Positions 62,062 through 64,000 of a stretch of DNA of 64,000 nt are shown here, piece by piece (the stretch's first letter is position 1; every line of letters begins with the position of its first letter). Under the pieces are notes generated by a model. It worked only from the letters and a program-made list of their open reading frames with translations, searched no databases and was not told the DNA's origin. The position numbers and the translations under genes are program-made. Origin of the DNA: Paecilomyces variotii (Eukaryota); the NCBI GenBank assembly GCA_004022145.1, contig RCNU01000004.1. The stretch is one strand, 5' to 3'.

Positions 62062-64000
62062 TCATCGATATCGGAAAGACTTATGTGCCAGGGGTGACGT
62101 CGGCGCATGGGCCGTCCCAGCTAACGGGTCTCGCAGTCGGCCTCCCCTCATGGGGGTTTGTGAGCAGTAGACACAGATGTACACAGGAGGCAGGTTTGCT
62201 CGCTCCAAGCCCACACATTTAGTGTGCAGCCAGTGATTGCAGGACTCGCTGGAATAAGTTAGCCTATGCACTAGATTTTATGGGTGTCCTTCGCAGGGCG
62301 TACCATTGGATCATGAGATGTCCACCGTTGTCCATCGAGTTACATATACATCTGGTGCTATTGCTGGGATTGCTTTGCCTGTCGGTGCTTGGCGTCGCAA
62401 TATCGGGGTCGGTGACGGTCGTCGGCGAGTTACCTGAATCGGCAATGTTGAGATCCAGTCGTGCTCCGAAATGGGGAGGAGACGAACGGAGATGTGCAAT
62501 GGTATTGGATGTCCGTGTGAGGCCAGAAGGGTATCCGACGACAGAATTCCTTGATCTATTTCTTCCTTTGAGGACTTGCCTCAGTGCGTGCTGTGCATCT
62601 CCGTCATCTTCATTCTGGTCTGGAAGGCTGTCCGACGTGGCAGATGTACCACGAGAGAAATCAGCATTGACAGGCATCGACAATCTTCGTGGTGTTTGAG
62701 CAGCCCAATCCTCCAACGACGGTCGTGGAGCTCGCCTTAAACCCCTAGAAGAATTGGCCCAAGGCGACTGCCGTCCGGAATGCGAGACTGTCGCACTAGA
62801 ATATGATGATCCCTTTGAATGAGGTCTTGAAGTAGAACTAGCCCGGCTGAGTTTCGACTTCGAATCCGAGAATAGACTGTGGCTGATGGGGTATTCAGCG
62901 GATTCGCATTCGCTCTCTGTGGCAGAGCCGTCAAGGTCCATTCCGCTCAGAGGATCGGTTAGACCCGTTGAGGATTCATCAACCACCTGCATCTCAGTCT
63001 TTGCCCTCCCATCCTTCCCAATCTTCAGGACAAGCGACTGGGAGCGAGTTGGAAGGGTGGCGGAGTTAGCACGAGGCAGACTTTGGCGCAGGGACTTGAC
63101 TGGTGAGGTGCGTCCTTTTGATGGCGTCTTTCGAATCCCGGTGGTCGATGCCAACACTCCTGACGACATCTGGTTCTGTTGCCTGTTATGGCTTGAGACT
63201 GCGGTGTGGGTTAAGCTCCTGGTCAGTCCCGGTCGGACACCACTAGGTGTCCAGTCATCGTCCTCCTCATCTGAGAACGATCCAGGCATCCGCAGGCTTC
63301 TAGAGCGATGCAGTTCTTCCCTCTTGGATTCTTCAGTCTGGTGGTGATAAGGCTGGCGTTGCGATTCCCGTTGTACAGATCTCGGATCCACCCTAGTTTG
63401 TAGATGTCCAAAACGTCGAGCCGGGGAGCTCAGAAACATGGCAGGGTCTTCGGCTTTGGTAACGGGAACACGGGGAGATGTGGAAAACGGTGCTGGGAAC
63501 AATGCTGCGTCTGCGGTAGTCGTCCCTCTGAGGCCAAAGCTGGTGTCTCCGAACTCAGGCAGGTCGAGTGAGCCTTGGATCGTGGGTAACTGAGGAATTT
63601 GCTGATCGTGTGAGACTGTATTGCTTGGACCGAATGCTGCCCCCGTAGTAGGACCGAATATGTCATTGCTACTCCCCGGCAATCCGATGCTTTCTCCCTG
63701 GTTTTCAGACTCTTGGTCCCAGAAGAGTTTGTGCTGAGGAAAGAAGGGAGAAGCCGACTGGTCGATCGAGGCAAATTGAAACAGGTCAGGAGAACCCTGG
63801 ATATTCGAGAATAGTTGAGGGGACGCTCCGATCAGCCGACTGGGTGTCTCTAGATGACTACCTCCCATGCTGACAGTAGAGAGCTTTCTTGAACTGTTCT
63901 GAAAGGCCTGGGCCGTCCCATTATTGTCATACTCCGTACCCTTCCTCCTCGAAGTACTGGTTGGCGGCGGCGTCTGCATCGAAGCGGCGGACTTCGCCGA
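62062..64000 (-). CDS. PHD-finger protein with long Ser/Pro-rich disordered region, 5'-partial
   Basis: [17 protein letters not shown](C)|[14 protein letters not shown]...YICVYC gives a Cys4-His-Cys3 PHD after removing the intron at about 62251-62303. The frame stays open to the window end. Confidence 0.85.

Overview
Gene-dense 64 kb of a filamentous ascomycete nuclear genome. Intron signals (GT(A/G)NGT ... CT(A/G)AC ... YAG) and protein content suggest a Eurotiales (Aspergillus/Penicillium-like) fungus. About 24 mostly spliced protein genes were read: C2H2/fungal TF, Dbp6, PIG-A/Gpi3, Arl3, OSGIN-like flavoprotein, Prp18, SAP18, a 4-exon complex I B15 subunit missed by the ORF track, GST, peroxisomal acyl-CoA thioesterase II, DUF3445/HRQ, Hsp70-like, carnosine N-methyltransferase-like, PAC4-like, Ysh1, TAF4, LAMMER kinase, DUF1857, Ser/Thr-rich membrane protein, amidase, sideroflexin, LaeA-like methyltransferase, PHD protein and two hypotheticals. 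No transposon or CRISPR is supported. The standout is a tandem pair of tRNA-Pro(UGG) genes (38363-38488 and 38577-38711). Each is interrupted in the D-loop, between G18 and G19, by an insertion with spliceosomal (U2-type) intron signals: GTATGT/GTAAGT donor, GCTAAT/TCTAAC branch site, CAG acceptor. Removing it at GT-AG gives a normal 72-nt tRNA-Pro cloverleaf. Gene names come from motif recognition, not database searches, and exon boundaries were read by eye.
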